DNA of 64,000 nt, from the IMG/VR virus record IMGVR_UViG_3300039412_000320; one strand, given 5' to 3'. Position numbers and translations under genes: made by a program. The stretch is from a virus. A model generated the notes under the pieces. It did no database searches and had not been told where the DNA came from. It saw only the letters and a list, made by a program, of their open reading frames with translations. Shown here piece by piece: positions 40,005 to 50,242 of the stretch; within the stretch, counting starts at the first letter, position 1, and every line of letters starts with the position of its first letter.

Positions 40005-41150
40005 CTAATCCTGTTGGTAGCGCCGAATCTTTTCCCTCACGTCTCCGGGGAGTGGATTTGCACCCTCTCTGGTAACGGGGGTCGGGGTAATTCTCCCCTT
40101 CTGCAAGTCCCTCTCCCTCTTTGTAACCTCTTCCTCCGTTTCGATACGGATGGTTTCCTTGTTGATTCCGATACCCCCACGCCGGGTGACCATTTGCTCA
40201 ATCTCTCGCTTGCGTTGTTCGGCGGCATCCACCTGCTGCTTTTCAAATTTTGCCATGAGCTTCTCGTGGCGGTCGTTGGAAAGCATCCCATGAAATTCTT
40301 TGAGCATTCCCTCCTTGGTTTCCATGTTTTCCACGTGTGCCCACCCATCTTCAAGGCTGGTATCCACGGGGGCCGCTACTACATTCTCCCACGGCTCCAG
40401 AGCATCCACCCGCATCTTACGGGTTGCGTCTTTAAGCTCCGCCGCCAACCCATCTACAGACTTCCCCGCCCACGGGCGCATGATAAGCACAGCGTTCCAT
40501 GACTCATCCAAGCGCTTCTTGGCCTGCTCCCGATAAGTGCAGAGCGAGGCCCATAAACGGGTATGATTCGAGGGGCACAAGACCCGCATAGTCTTACCAT
40601 CCGGGAGGTTAATATTCCTAGTCTCGCAGGAGAAATAAGCACTGTGGCTATGCCAAAGCATTTCTGAGGTTCGGGTAGTGGAGAATGCCGATAGGTAAGG
40701 GAAGAGAGAGGCATCTCGGTCTCCCATTGCCAAAATAAGTTGGACAAGGCGATGAATCTCCAAGGAGGATAGAGACCCCAATTCTTCCTCATTAAGCGTT
40801 GTACTCAGCAATAGACACCTAAAGACAAACTCCAGACTATCCGGTATCCACCGCCTGAGGATGCGACGTTCGGTATCGTGAAAACCCCGCACCCACCCCC
40901 GCTGCTTGCCATCCACCATAAGAGGACGAATTCTTGCTCCTACACTGATAAGCTCATCACACGCCTCGGTAACTTTCTCCCGAACACCCTCTACATACTT
41001 GGTGGGTACCCGGTTGATTATACCCTCACCAAGTTTCCTAGCAATCTCCACCCCGAAAGTCATTTTACTTTCACCGGGTGAACCACCACCCACCCACCTT
41101 CCCGTGGGAGATGTACCAAGGACCGTTGGGGAGACATTCCCTCTAACCAT
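40005..41150 (-). CDS. Hypothetical protein
   Basis: 381-aa ORF. It has a Glu/Arg/Lys-rich C-terminus and no clear motif. Confidence 0.5.
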   Translation of the reverse strand: MVRGNVSPTVLGTSPTGRWVGGGSPGESKMTFGVEIARKLGEGIINRVPTKYVEGVREKVTEACDELISVGARIRPLMVDGKQRGWVRGFHDTERRILRRWIPDSLEFVFRCLLLSTTLNEEELGSLSSLEIHRLVQLILAMGDRDASLFPYLSAFSTTRTSEMLWHSHSAYFSCETRNINLPDGKTMRVLCPSNHTRLWASLCTYREQAKKRLDESWNAVLIMRPWAGKSVDGLAAELKDATRKMRVDALEPWENVVAAPVDTSLEDGWAHVENMETKEGMLKEFHGMLSNDRHEKLMAKFEKQQVDAAEQRKREIEQMVTRRGGIGINKETIRIETEEEVTKRERDLQKGRITPTPVTREGANPLPGDVREKIRRYQQD

Positions 41151-41655
41151 GTGGTCCTCCGTCCGGGGTAGCCGCTGGAAATATCCGCTTTTCCTTACGA
41201 GCGGATTCCAATATTTTACGACTTAGTTCTGCCTCAGCGGCGACCTCCTCTTTCCCAAAACGGACTTCCATAGACTTGATAGCCTTGTCATGGGCTGTTT
41301 CCTCTTCCTCCCCATCATCAGAAATTCGATTCATAAAAGTGGAGGGTTGGGGGGCCTGATATAAATCCACGGTGGAAAATCGACTGGCAGGTGGTAGTGA
41401 ACCCTTGTAGACCTTCCAAACCCTGGCGGCAATAGCCTCTGGAATGGCCGCAATTACCCGAATGGACTCTTTCAAAGATTGGGGCTTAATCCCAGAGACT
41501 TCGGCAAGAGCGGTTGATAGGACTGTGCGCAGGGGGTCTTCTCCCTTACCAATATGGATAGCCATTTCTTCTCTCCATGTGAGTTTTTTGAACCGGAACT
41601 TGTAGCGCAGTAGTTCCACATCCACAAAGTTGGAGTCAGTCATTTCTATACCCAT
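41143..41655 (-). CDS. Hypothetical protein
   Basis: 170-aa ORF with an 8-nt overlap to the downstream gene. Confidence 0.45.
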   Translation of the reverse strand: MGIEMTDSNFVDVELLRYKFRFKKLTWREEMAIHIGKGEDPLRTVLSTALAEVSGIKPQSLKESIRVIAAIPEAIAARVWKVYKGSLPPASRFSTVDLYQAPQPSTFMNRISDDGEEEETAHDKAIKSMEVRFGKEEVAAEAELSRKILESARKEKRIFPAATPDGGPHG

Positions 41656-41698
41656 ATGAACGGCCTATGAAGCCATCTTTCATAGAATCACTATCAGA

Positions 41699-42406
41699 AT
41701 GGTATTTAGAATATACGCAATGAAAATCAGAAGTCACACCACCGAGAAAAGCTGGATTGTCTACCTTATAACCAACAAAGTAAATGGGAAGGTGTATGTT
41801 GGTCAAACATCCTGTGGTTTGAAAAGGCGATGGGCACTCCATTGTTCCCCCTCGGCGGGAAACAAACATCTGTTGAACTCTATTCGTAAATATGGCCGTG
41901 ATTCCTTTGAAATCAGCATTATCCACGGTCCGGGGCTTACCTTTGAAGAATCTAGCACCTTAGAGAAACGGGAAATATCTAAGAGGAAGTCAACCGACCA
42001 CCAATTCGGATACAACCGAAGTACGGGGGGTGAAGGAGGTGCTAATGGTATGAGATTCCCCTCCGAAACTTACCCCAAAAGATTGGGTAGAAAATGCTCT
42101 GTCGAAACCATCAAAAAACTACGGGATGCTGCAATTGGCAGAAAGTGCTCACCCGAAACAAGAGTGAAATTGAGGCTGGCACTAAAGGGTAAGAAACCAT
42201 CTGCTAAGGCTATAGAAAACTCCCGTAATGTGTGGATTGGAAGAAAGCACTCACCGGAATCGAAAAGAAAAATAGGGGCGGCACAAAGGGAAGTTAGGGA
42301 GGTAAAACCGAGAACACCTGAAACAATTACTAAACTGAAAGCGGCTTGGAAACGACGTAAATTAAAAAACCCAGAAATGGTGTTCCCGTTTCAAAAGGAA
42401 AAATAG
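41699..42406 (+). CDS. GIY-YIG homing endonuclease
   Basis: WIVYLITNKVNGKVYVGQTSCGLKRRWALH is nearly identical in its GIY-YIG core to the ORF at 15674-16450. An alternative start lies at ATG 41720. The stop abuts the helicase start (TAGTATG). Confidence 0.8.
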   Translation: MVFRIYAMKIRSHTTEKSWIVYLITNKVNGKVYVGQTSCGLKRRWALHCSPSAGNKHLLNSIRKYGRDSFEISIIHGPGLTFEESSTLEKREISKRKSTDHQFGYNRSTGGEGGANGMRFPSETYPKRLGRKCSVETIKKLRDAAIGRKCSPETRVKLRLALKGKKPSAKAIENSRNVWIGRKHSPESKRKIGAAQREVREVKPRTPETITKLKAAWKRRKLKNPEMVFPFQKEK

Positions 42407-42407
42407 T

Positions 42408-44003
42408 ATGTATCTAACGGAGTTATGCCGAAGGTTGTGTACGCAGGATTTGTACCCATTTGTTCTACAAAACAAGAAAAAATTGATGTGGACCATCAAG
42501 TACTCCTTCACCATCGACTACATGCCAGATAGCGATGAAGTGGTTACCAGCAGAACCATGAAGGCTATATGGAAATACATCACCCGCTTCAAACGCCTTC
42601 CCGTGGGTCCGCAGGACGTTAAGGGGTACATCGTCACCAACCCCGACCACATCAAGGAGTTCTCTCGTGGGGGTGAGGATGGTGAAAAAGATGAAACCAC
42701 GGAAACCCTGCAACAGCTTGATACCTTGACCACATGGAATCCCCCCACGGAATCCGTCCGGGGGCTGGAATCCCTCATGGTTCTGGAGAACGCCTTCTCC
42801 AAGGTCCGGGGAGCTTGGCACTCTGTCGCTGCTAACCAATACTCCAAAATTGCCAACGGTATGGACTCCTTCAAGTGGTTTGAGAAGGGGGAGAAAAAGG
42901 AAGAGCGGGGTCCCGCTCCTGCCATGCGTTGGCTGCGCATGAAGTGGTTGGAAGACTACACCGACGATACACCGCCTGTAGATGGATTCCTGCACCAAAA
43001 CATGCAGGTAGTCCGGGAGGGTTTTGCCAACCTGATGAACGAGCAGAATGAGAACGGTCGGATGCTGCTTGGTCTGGACAACGTTGACAAGTGTGTGGTC
43101 ATTGGCAAACAGACAGACAACCGCTTCATCGGCATCGTCGGGCAGGCAAACGATGGCAAAACCACACTTGCCAACTACATAGTCTACAACTGGTTACGCC
43201 AAGGATTCAACGGTCTATATGTTTCCACCGAGCACACGTCCAAGCGAATTTGGGACGTGATGACTTACTTGCATTCCTCTCACCCGGATTATGGTGAGCT
43301 TGTCCTCCCTCCCACCAAAGAATGGGAAAACCGGAACGTCACTTCGGAACACATCCGGCACATGCAGGATATCTGCTTCGACATCGAAAATGGAAGGAAC
43401 CTGCCGGGAAAGCTCGAAGTCAAAGAGTTCCCCAATCGTGACTGGGATTCCATTGAAGACTGGCTCAAGCTCTATCACAGCAAGAACCACTATGACTTCC
43501 TGCTTTTGGACTACATCACCCGGCTGGAGATTCCCGGTGACCCCCGGTGGAAAGACCAAGGGATGAAGGAACTCATTCACCGCATCCAGAAGTTCACCCG
43601 CCAGTTTGACGAGAGCCGGGGCATCATCGTCATGAGTCCCGTGCAGATTACCAAGGAGTCCTACAAGGAAGCTATGAAGGGGGACTTCAAAGAGGGAATT
43701 GGGCACTACACACTGGATGCTATCCGCACATTTTCCGAACTGAAAGACGACATGGATGTCATCCTCACGGTGTGGTCGGACATCGAAATGAAGGCACCGG
43801 AACGCAACGAAATTGAAATTGGATGCGTAAAAAAGCGTGTCGGAGCACAACCTTTGGCGCAAATTGCGGTAATATCTCCTTGGACAGGTGCATTCGTCCG
43901 TAAGGGTGCCGCCGCCTCGGAACAACGTCCCCTGACCACGGAGTTGAAGCAGGTGATTCAGGAGGTAAGAAACATTGATTCCGAGATGGCTGATACACTT
44001 TAG
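42408..44003 (+). CDS. DnaB-like replicative helicase / RecA-fold ATPase
   Basis: Mid-protein Walker A (GIVGQANDGKTTLANY), Walker B-like FLLLDYITRL and PVQITKE, laid out as in the DnaB C-terminal domain. Confidence 0.55.
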   Translation: MYLTELCRRLCTQDLYPFVLQNKKKLMWTIKYSFTIDYMPDSDEVVTSRTMKAIWKYITRFKRLPVGPQDVKGYIVTNPDHIKEFSRGGEDGEKDETTETLQQLDTLTTWNPPTESVRGLESLMVLENAFSKVRGAWHSVAANQYSKIANGMDSFKWFEKGEKKEERGPAPAMRWLRMKWLEDYTDDTPPVDGFLHQNMQVVREGFANLMNEQNENGRMLLGLDNVDKCVVIGKQTDNRFIGIVGQANDGKTTLANYIVYNWLRQGFNGLYVSTEHTSKRIWDVMTYLHSSHPDYGELVLPPTKEWENRNVTSEHIRHMQDICFDIENGRNLPGKLEVKEFPNRDWDSIEDWLKLYHSKNHYDFLLLDYITRLEIPGDPRWKDQGMKELIHRIQKFTRQFDESRGIIVMSPVQITKESYKEAMKGDFKEGIGHYTLDAIRTFSELKDDMDVILTVWSDIEMKAPERNEIEIGCVKKRVGAQPLAQIAVISPWTGAFVRKGAAASEQRPLTTELKQVIQEVRNIDSEMADTL

Positions 44004-44032
44004 ATATATCAAAGTAACATATACTCAAGTTA

Positions 44033-44668
44033 TTGATAGGAGGTTGTTTGGCTAAGTACTCCATCGAAGACTCAGTGCCCCCCATCATGCCCATAAATTG
44101 GGCGGATTGGGAGGGGGATTTACACGTTCAAAAGATGCGGAAAGACCGTCAGAAAGAGGCGGAGCTTATCTACTTTCGCCTGCTCCTCAAACAGTGGTAT
44201 TTGGGCACCTTCCCAACTGATGCTTGGGAGCTAGCGCAACTCATCGGGGTTAGGTACCGGACGCTCACCCAGTGGTTGTACAAGTATGCCCACCTTTTCA
44301 GGTGCAACGACTGCAACGGAATCTTGTGGAACCCCAAATGGGGTCATAAGGTTAAGGACCATGTGGCAGTGAAAGGGCAGCGAACTGGCAGTAAGCTGGC
44401 ACTGGTCCGGCAGTGTCTGGGCAGTTGTCTGGCAGCGAACTGGTACTGTACCTGCACTAAACTGGCAGTGAGCGGGTACAACTTGAAACTCCGAAACTAT
44501 AGAAAAGACGTAACTTACTCACTTCCGCTCGGGACAACCGAATCTAATATAACCGAACCGAACCGAACCGAAGGGAAGCCGGAACGGCGGGTAGAACCAG
44601 AACCAAAACAAGAACCGGAAACGTCTGCCATTCCGGCTTCCCCCGTGGAAGAAGAAAACTGGAAATAG
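44033..44668 (+). CDS. Hypothetical protein
   Basis: 211-aa ORF. The start is uncertain (TTG at 44033, or TTG at 44048 after TAGGAGG). It contains an (AACCG)4 nucleotide repeat at 44551-44572. Confidence 0.45.
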   Translation: MIGGCLAKYSIEDSVPPIMPINWADWEGDLHVQKMRKDRQKEAELIYFRLLLKQWYLGTFPTDAWELAQLIGVRYRTLTQWLYKYAHLFRCNDCNGILWNPKWGHKVKDHVAVKGQRTGSKLALVRQCLGSCLAANWYCTCTKLAVSGYNLKLRNYRKDVTYSLPLGTTESNITEPNRTEGKPERRVEPEPKQEPETSAIPASPVEEENWK

Positions 44669-44675
44669 GAGATAC

Positions 44676-45149
44676 ATGGCGCAGCAACCGTTTGACCTTA
44701 GCAACACGTTCAAAGTTTTAGGGGAAGAGAAACCCGCTCCTCCTGCCTCCTCTTCTCCGGTGAATTCCTCTGCTTCCTCTCCGACGCAGAAATTCTCTCT
44801 CTCCGCTAAATGGAAAATATGGGTTGGGGATTGGAATGAGGACGATGATGAACCCATTCCGCAGAGAGAGATTTGGCGGGCTATCCACTGCTTGTTTAAC
44901 CCCAACTTCAAGGGGTGTGACCAGTGGTACAAAGAGCAAGTTCTGACAGTTGGGTTTGTACGCCGGAACGGGCGGAGGATGGTGGAAGATACACCACCCG
45001 ACTACAATCCCAAAGACCATCCGTGGGATATCCTGCATGTTCCTCAGCCGGATAAGCACTGCAAAAAGTGTTTGGGTATAGGCTGGAAAGATAGGCGAGA
45101 CCCCAACAGTCTTGCTACCGATAGAGAGTTTTGTGATTGCTGGAAATAG
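44676..45149 (+). CDS. Hypothetical protein
   Basis: 157-aa ORF with an AGGAG RBS and a Cys/His-containing C-terminus (HCKKC...CDCW). Confidence 0.5.
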   Translation: MAQQPFDLSNTFKVLGEEKPAPPASSSPVNSSASSPTQKFSLSAKWKIWVGDWNEDDDEPIPQREIWRAIHCLFNPNFKGCDQWYKEQVLTVGFVRRNGRRMVEDTPPDYNPKDHPWDILHVPQPDKHCKKCLGIGWKDRRDPNSLATDREFCDCWK

Positions 45150-45399
45150 CAGTATTATTCTATTCCGGGCCTTTGACCGGAACCCAAAAAAATATTTTTC
45201 ATGACTACTTCAAACCCACTATTGACTTCAATTTCCCCACTCCTCGAAATCCCCATTGGTGCTGTGATTTTTTTGTGCCCGGAGAGGTTTGCAAGTAATT
45301 TTGCATTTTCACTACCGGACCCATAAACAGCCGCAAGTATGACCGCAGACGTTCCAAATCCCGACAGAAGGACCGCAGGCTAACTTACAGGAGAGTCCT

Positions 45400-48282
45400 A
45401 TGACTTTGAAGAGTGGTGCTGTTACGCCGTTTCAAGAATATATCTATAAAAGTAGGTATGCCCGTTGGCTTCCTGAGAAGAGTCGTCGGGAAGACTGGTC
45501 TGAAACCGTTCACAGATACATCGAATTTATATCCAAGAGAATCCCCGCCGACGTTCGAGAAGAAACTTCAAAAGAGTTGGAAAATGCTATACTCAATCTG
45601 GAAGTCATGCCCTCCATGCGAGCCATGATGACCGCAGGAAAGGCGCTCGAAAAGGATGAAGTCGCCGCTTATAATTGCAGCTTTTTGGCTATTGATGACC
45701 CCCGTGCATTTGACGAAGCGATGTATATCAGTATGTGCGGTGTAGGCTTGGGTTTCTCCGTAGAGCGCCAATATGTAAATCAACTCCCCACCGTCGCCGA
45801 AAATTTCTATCCCGTTGAGACCATCATCAAAATTCGTGATTCCAAAATTGGCTGGGCTTCCGGTTTCCGCCAACTCATCGCTTTGCTCTACGGTGGTTCA
45901 ATCCCGCAATGGGACCTCTCCTCCGTCCGCCCGGCTGGTATGCCGCTCAAGACCTTCGGCGGCAGGGCATCCGGGCCGGGACCGTTAGACCGCCTCTTCA
46001 AGTTCACTGTTCAGCTTTTCAAGAATGCAGCTGGGCGCAAGCTCACGTCTCTCGAATGCCACGACCTCATGTGCATGGTAGCCGACATCGTGGTTTCAGG
46101 TGGTGTGCGCCGGTCGGCAATGATATCCCTCTCCAATTTATCCGATGACCGGATGCGCAACGCCAAGAACGGTCAGTGGTGGATTGAAAATCCGCAACGG
46201 GCCTTAGCCAACAACTCCGCCGTCTACACCGAAAAACCAGAGATGGTCACCTTCATCCGGGAGTGGTTGTCACTTTGTGAGAGCCGGTCCGGGGAGCGGG
46301 GCATCTACAACCGGGATGCTGCCGTCAAGAAAGCCAAGTCCGTGGGTCGCCGTAAGTGGGAGGGGATTGAGTTTGGAATCAACCCGTGTGGCGAAATTAT
46401 ACTTAGAAGTAAGGGTCTATGTGTATCAAAACAAACCCCCTTAATTACAAAATTAGGGATTATAAAAATAGGTGAAAATGTTGGAAAGACTGTTTCGGTG
46501 TGGAATGGAAAGGGCTGGTCGGACGTTGTTATCCGCCAGACTGGTTCATTACAACAGCTATTGCGTGTTACTTTATCTGATGGTTCTTACTTGGATTGCA
46601 CCCCTGACCACGGGTTCTCAGTAAAGACTAGATTTCAAAAAAATTGGAAACGGGTGGAAGCTAAAAACTTAATGAAGTATAGCAAATACCCCGTTCAGGT
46701 CGAACCTACAAAGATTGTTTCTTCAAAGGATGGAAACTGTATTAATCACGCTTATACCCTTGGTTTTTGCGTTGGTGACGGCAGTAGTAACGGGGATTCT
46801 AGTATTGTTACTGCTGACTTATATGGTCGTAAAGACCAGACCCTGCCCCTGGCAGGAAGTCGTGCGAAAGTACGCCGGAAACCGGGGTATAGTGTTGATA
46901 GTCAAAGAATCTCCTGCACAAAGTTTGTAGATGTCTCTTTAATGAAAGCCTTGAAAACAGATCATACGGCACTAGATAGGCTGTTCTTGTGGAATAAGAA
47001 ATCGGTTTTAGAGTTTGTGGCTGGGTGGATGGATGCCGATGGCTCTGAGACTGGAACAGGAGGAGTGCGCTTGTATATATCCGGTGAGCTTCGTGCTCGA
47101 AAGATGCAACTTCTTTTGACTAAACAAGGGATACGTTCATTGGTAAATTTGTGTGAGTCGGCAGGAATTAAGACCAACTACGGGGTTCGTAGTGATGATT
47201 TGTGGTACCTTCAAATAACAGATTGCTCTAATATCCCCAGTCATAGAGTGAATACAAAGGGTGGGCATATCCCAAGGTTTAAGGGGAAATATCAGATTGT
47301 TCGCAGCGTTGTTCCACTGCCGGGACGGCATGATGTTTTCTGTTTCTCCGAACCTGAGAAACATATGGCTCTCTTTGCTAATGTTCTGACATATCAATGC
47401 AATCTCACCGAGGTTGTCTGCCGTCCGTCCGACGACGCCGTCAGCCTTGAACGTAAAATATGCCTTGCGGCGATTCTAGGCACCCTACAATCGACGTTAA
47501 CGGAATTTAGGTACCTGCGTAAGGATTGGCAGCGAAACGCCGAGGAAGAGCGCTTATTGGGCGTTTCACTCTCGGGAATCATGGACAACCGGCTGCTCTC
47601 CACCAACAGCAAGGAGCTTGCTCCCCTTCTGGACCACCTCCGTCAACACGCTGTCGCCGTTAACGTGGAGTGGGCAGGGAAGCTGGGCATCACCCCCTCC
47701 GTCGCCGTTACCTGTGTCAAGCCGTCCGGCACGGTCAGCCAACTGGTCAACTGCTCGCCAGGCATCCATACGAGGTTTAGCGAATACCTCGTGCGGGCTA
47801 TCCGGGAAGACCGTAAAAATCCCATTGGGGCATTCCTCAAGGCATGTGGAGTTCCCAATGAGCCAGATGTTACGAAACCCAACGATGTGGATGTGTTCTT
47901 CTTCCCCTTGGCTTCCCCCGAGGGGTCTATCACTCGGAACAAGCTGACGGCTATTGAACAGCTTGAACTCTACCTCACTTACCGGCAGCACTGGACCGAA
48001 CACAACCCCAGTACGACCATCTATGTCCGGGACCACGAGTGGTTGGAAGTGGCTACATGGGTCTACAAGCACTTTGACCAAATCGGCGGGATAGCATTCC
48101 TTCCATTCACCAACCACATCTATAAGCAGGCTCCCTACACGGAGGTATCCGAAGTGGAGTATCGGGCGGCTAGTCTTAAGATGCCGGAAATAGACTGGTT
48201 AAAGCTTCCTGAATTTGAGAAAGATGACCACACCACGGCGATGAAGGAAGTTGCTTGCTCTGGAAACAGTTGCGATATATAA
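45400..48282 (+). CDS. nrdJ: Class II (adenosylcobalamin-type) ribonucleotide reductase, interrupted by an intein
   Basis: Extein motifs GGVRRSAMISLSNL and NPCGEIILRSKGL...CNLTEV match the NrdJ active-site pattern NPCGE(x8)CNL. A 326-aa insertion sits exactly before the CNL cysteine. Confidence 0.8.
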   Translation: MTLKSGAVTPFQEYIYKSRYARWLPEKSRREDWSETVHRYIEFISKRIPADVREETSKELENAILNLEVMPSMRAMMTAGKALEKDEVAAYNCSFLAIDDPRAFDEAMYISMCGVGLGFSVERQYVNQLPTVAENFYPVETIIKIRDSKIGWASGFRQLIALLYGGSIPQWDLSSVRPAGMPLKTFGGRASGPGPLDRLFKFTVQLFKNAAGRKLTSLECHDLMCMVADIVVSGGVRRSAMISLSNLSDDRMRNAKNGQWWIENPQRALANNSAVYTEKPEMVTFIREWLSLCESRSGERGIYNRDAAVKKAKSVGRRKWEGIEFGINPCGEIILRSKGLCVSKQTPLITKLGIIKIGENVGKTVSVWNGKGWSDVVIRQTGSLQQLLRVTLSDGSYLDCTPDHGFSVKTRFQKNWKRVEAKNLMKYSKYPVQVEPTKIVSSKDGNCINHAYTLGFCVGDGSSNGDSSIVTADLYGRKDQTLPLAGSRAKVRRKPGYSVDSQRISCTKFVDVSLMKALKTDHTALDRLFLWNKKSVLEFVAGWMDADGSETGTGGVRLYISGELRARKMQLLLTKQGIRSLVNLCESAGIKTNYGVRSDDLWYLQITDCSNIPSHRVNTKGGHIPRFKGKYQIVRSVVPLPGRHDVFCFSEPEKHMALFANVLTYQCNLTEVVCRPSDDAVSLERKICLAAILGTLQSTLTEFRYLRKDWQRNAEEERLLGVSLSGIMDNRLLSTNSKELAPLLDHLRQHAVAVNVEWAGKLGITPSVAVTCVKPSGTVSQLVNCSPGIHTRFSEYLVRAIREDRKNPIGAFLKACGVPNEPDVTKPNDVDVFFFPLASPEGSITRNKLTAIEQLELYLTYRQHWTEHNPSTTIYVRDHEWLEVATWVYKHFDQIGGIAFLPFTNHIYKQAPYTEVSEVEYRAASLKMPEIDWLKLPEFEKDDHTTAMKEVACSGNSCDI
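46420..47397 (+). mobile_element. Intein with LAGLIDADG homing endonuclease domain inside nrdJ
   Basis: Begins CVSKQTPLITKLGII (intein block A). Contains LGFCVGDGSS and VAGWMDADGSETG (LAGLIDADG motifs). Ends ...DVFCFSEPEKHMALFANVLTYQ with a C-terminal Gln instead of Asn, followed by the +1 Cys of CNL. Confidence 0.8.
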
Positions 48283-48332
48283 TCCTGTAGTTTTGGTATT
48301 TGTGAACTATAGAAACCTTTATCAGAGGGGCC

Positions 48333-49091
48333 ATGAAACAAGTATGTGGAGTTTACTGTATTTCTCTTGTTAATACAGAGCGCAACTATGTCGGGCAAGC
48401 CAAAGATGTTTTCAAACGTTGGAGGGAGCATCGGTGGGCTTTATCTAAGGGTGTGAATAAATCCAAAAGATTGCAAAGGGCGTGGAACAAATACGGTTCC
48501 GCTGCTTTTCTATTTAGGGTTTTGGAAGAATGTCCGTGCGACCCACTTGTGTTACTTACGAGAGAACAATATTGGATTGATGAACTTCAAGCCCACAAGA
48601 AAGGATTTAACTGTTCTCCGGTTGCTGGTTTGTCTACCTTGGGGGTTAAGTTTTCCGCTTCAACTAAGGCTAAGATATCAGAAAAAGCCAAAGGAAGGGT
48701 GATATCGGAAGAAACAAGAAGGAAAATTAGTGATGCCTTGAAGGGTCGATTATTTTCCTCAGAGCATAGGGCTCGATTATCGAAGGTAAGTACTCAAAGA
48801 ATGCTTACCTCTCCTGATAGATTTATTATCGGAAAGTGGTCTCACAACCACCCTCGTTTTGGAAAGGACAACTCGTTTTATGGTAAGCATCACTCGGATG
48901 ATGTAAAATTAATAATGTCAGAAAAACATCAAGGGAAAACAGCCTCTTCTGAGCTTTGTGCTTTACGCTCTAAAAATGCAACTGGGAAAAACAACCCCAT
49001 GTTTGGAAGAAAACATTCAGAAGAGACTAAGGAAAAAATTAGGCAAGCCCGAATTTTACGGGTTACGAGTATTGTAAGACAGGAAAGCTGA
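48333..49091 (+). CDS. GIY-YIG homing endonuclease with NUMOD3-like repeats
   Basis: GVYCISLVNTERNYVGQAKDVFKRWREH is the GIY-YIG motif; it also has repeated S(E/P)ETRRKIS / HSEETKEKIRQAR modules. It sits immediately downstream of nrdJ. Confidence 0.8.
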   Translation: MKQVCGVYCISLVNTERNYVGQAKDVFKRWREHRWALSKGVNKSKRLQRAWNKYGSAAFLFRVLEECPCDPLVLLTREQYWIDELQAHKKGFNCSPVAGLSTLGVKFSASTKAKISEKAKGRVISEETRRKISDALKGRLFSSEHRARLSKVSTQRMLTSPDRFIIGKWSHNHPRFGKDNSFYGKHHSDDVKLIMSEKHQGKTASSELCALRSKNATGKNNPMFGRKHSEETKEKIRQARILRVTSIVRQES

Positions 49092-49107
49092 TTATTAAAG
49101 GATACAC

Positions 49108-49398
49108 ATGGAAACAATTCTTAAGTTCGTTCTGACTTTCGTGGATGGTACTACGGAGGTGCAGGAGTTGCCCGTCCCATCTGAACATGCTGAGGCTCTC
49201 GCCATGCAGGCGATTGTGCAGTATGCCAGTGTGGGTCTCCTCAAGAAGTTGGAGAAGGAGAATAAATTTGTGCTCATTGCGGCGAGTCAAATCGCCATGG
49301 TAGAGGTGGAGCTTCCTAAAGTCACCCTTGCCACAAGCCTTGATGCCAAAATAGCGGGGAACGCTGCCGATAATATCCGTAAAATCACCCTCGGCTAA
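49108..49398 (+). CDS. Hypothetical protein
   Basis: 96-aa ORF with an AAGGA RBS. Confidence 0.45.
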   Translation: METILKFVLTFVDGTTEVQELPVPSEHAEALAMQAIVQYASVGLLKKLEKENKFVLIAASQIAMVEVELPKVTLATSLDAKIAGNAADNIRKITLG

Positions 49399-49482
49399 GC
49401 CCCGTAGTAGAGTCCCCTATCGTACCCCGCCCCCCGATGGACGCTGCCGGAAATTAAAATTCCTTCGGCGTCCATCCCGCAC

Positions 49483-49508
49483 GTGGTATACTGAGAGTGA
49501 AGGATTTT
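49483..49508 (+). promoter_or_regulatory. Extended -10 promoter plus RBS (conserved motif copy 2)
   Basis: ACGTGGTATACT GAGAGTGAAGGA TTTT ATG. Confidence 0.5.
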
Positions 49509-49766
49509 ATGCGACAGGCGGAGTGTAACTGCCGGTATCCGGGGCCATGCTTCCCCCGCTCTAAGGATGAAGCTGTGGTGGACATTCAAAAAGTTGGACA
49601 GGATGGCACTGCCATACTTCTTCTGCATCACATCAAAGCAGGACCTTTCCCCATTCACAACATCCGCAGTGTTAAGACCAACCTGATTTTTTTTCTCAAA
49701 AGCAATCAGCAGAGGCACCGTAATTTGCGGGTTCTGAATCGGGGTCCAGCGAAGTATTACTCTTAG
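49509..49766 (+). CDS. Hypothetical small Cys-rich protein
   Basis: 85-aa ORF (MRQAECNCRYPGPCF...) directly downstream of the conserved promoter/RBS motif. It overlaps a minus-strand ORF of equal plausibility. Confidence 0.4.
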   Translation: MRQAECNCRYPGPCFPRSKDEAVVDIQKVGQDGTAILLLHHIKAGPFPIHNIRSVKTNLIFFLKSNQQRHRNLRVLNRGPAKYYS

Positions 49767-49774
49767 GTGAGTCT

Positions 49775-50242
49775 ATGGTCGTGGAATTGCGTCAAATCGC
49801 ACTGTACCCCGAATCGGGGAAGCTGTGTCGGCTCCCGTACCCCGGTCATCCGAAGGGCTGTCCATGTTACGGACATAAAGTAGGGTGCCCCCCTGAGTGC
49901 GTCCGGTTTGTTGATAAGATAGATACCTCCCAACCCGTTTACGCTATAATCAATGAATTCGACTTAGCAAACCATATGCGAAGGATGAAGTTGCGTCATC
50001 CGCAGTGGTCGGAACGGCAACTTCGGTGTTGCCTGTACTGGCAGACCGGGCCACGCAAGAAGCTCGCTGCCAAGGTTACGGCGTTTCTCGTGGAGCATGA
50101 GGATTATGTCGCTGATTTCTGTCCCGAGGCGGAGGGGGTGAATGTCACTCAGACTCTCCGATTATCTGGTATTAACTTAGAGTGGCCTCCGAGGAAAATA
50201 GCTCGGCAAGTCGCCTTCGTCGGCGTCCCAAAGGAGAAATAA
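49775..50242 (+). CDS. Hypothetical Cys-rich protein
   Basis: 155-aa ORF with the cysteine cluster CRLPYPGHPKGCPCYGHKVGCPPEC. Its stop overlaps the start of the peptidase gene. Confidence 0.5.
   Translation: MVVELRQIALYPESGKLCRLPYPGHPKGCPCYGHKVGCPPECVRFVDKIDTSQPVYAIINEFDLANHMRRMKLRHPQWSERQLRCCLYWQTGPRKKLAAKVTAFLVEHEDYVADFCPEAEGVNVTQTLRLSGINLEWPPRKIARQVAFVGVPKEK

Noticed and set aside
45150-45399. Possible adenosylcobalamin riboswitch in the 250-nt leader of nrdJ
   Set aside because: Only a partial B12-box-like stretch (GCCCGGAGAGGTTTGC versus consensus AGYCMGGAGACCKGCC) is present and the rest of the conserved core could not be found by eye. It would need cmsearch with RF00174 to revive. 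A hairpin plus A/T run at 45163-45200 is more likely a weak terminator for the upstream gene.
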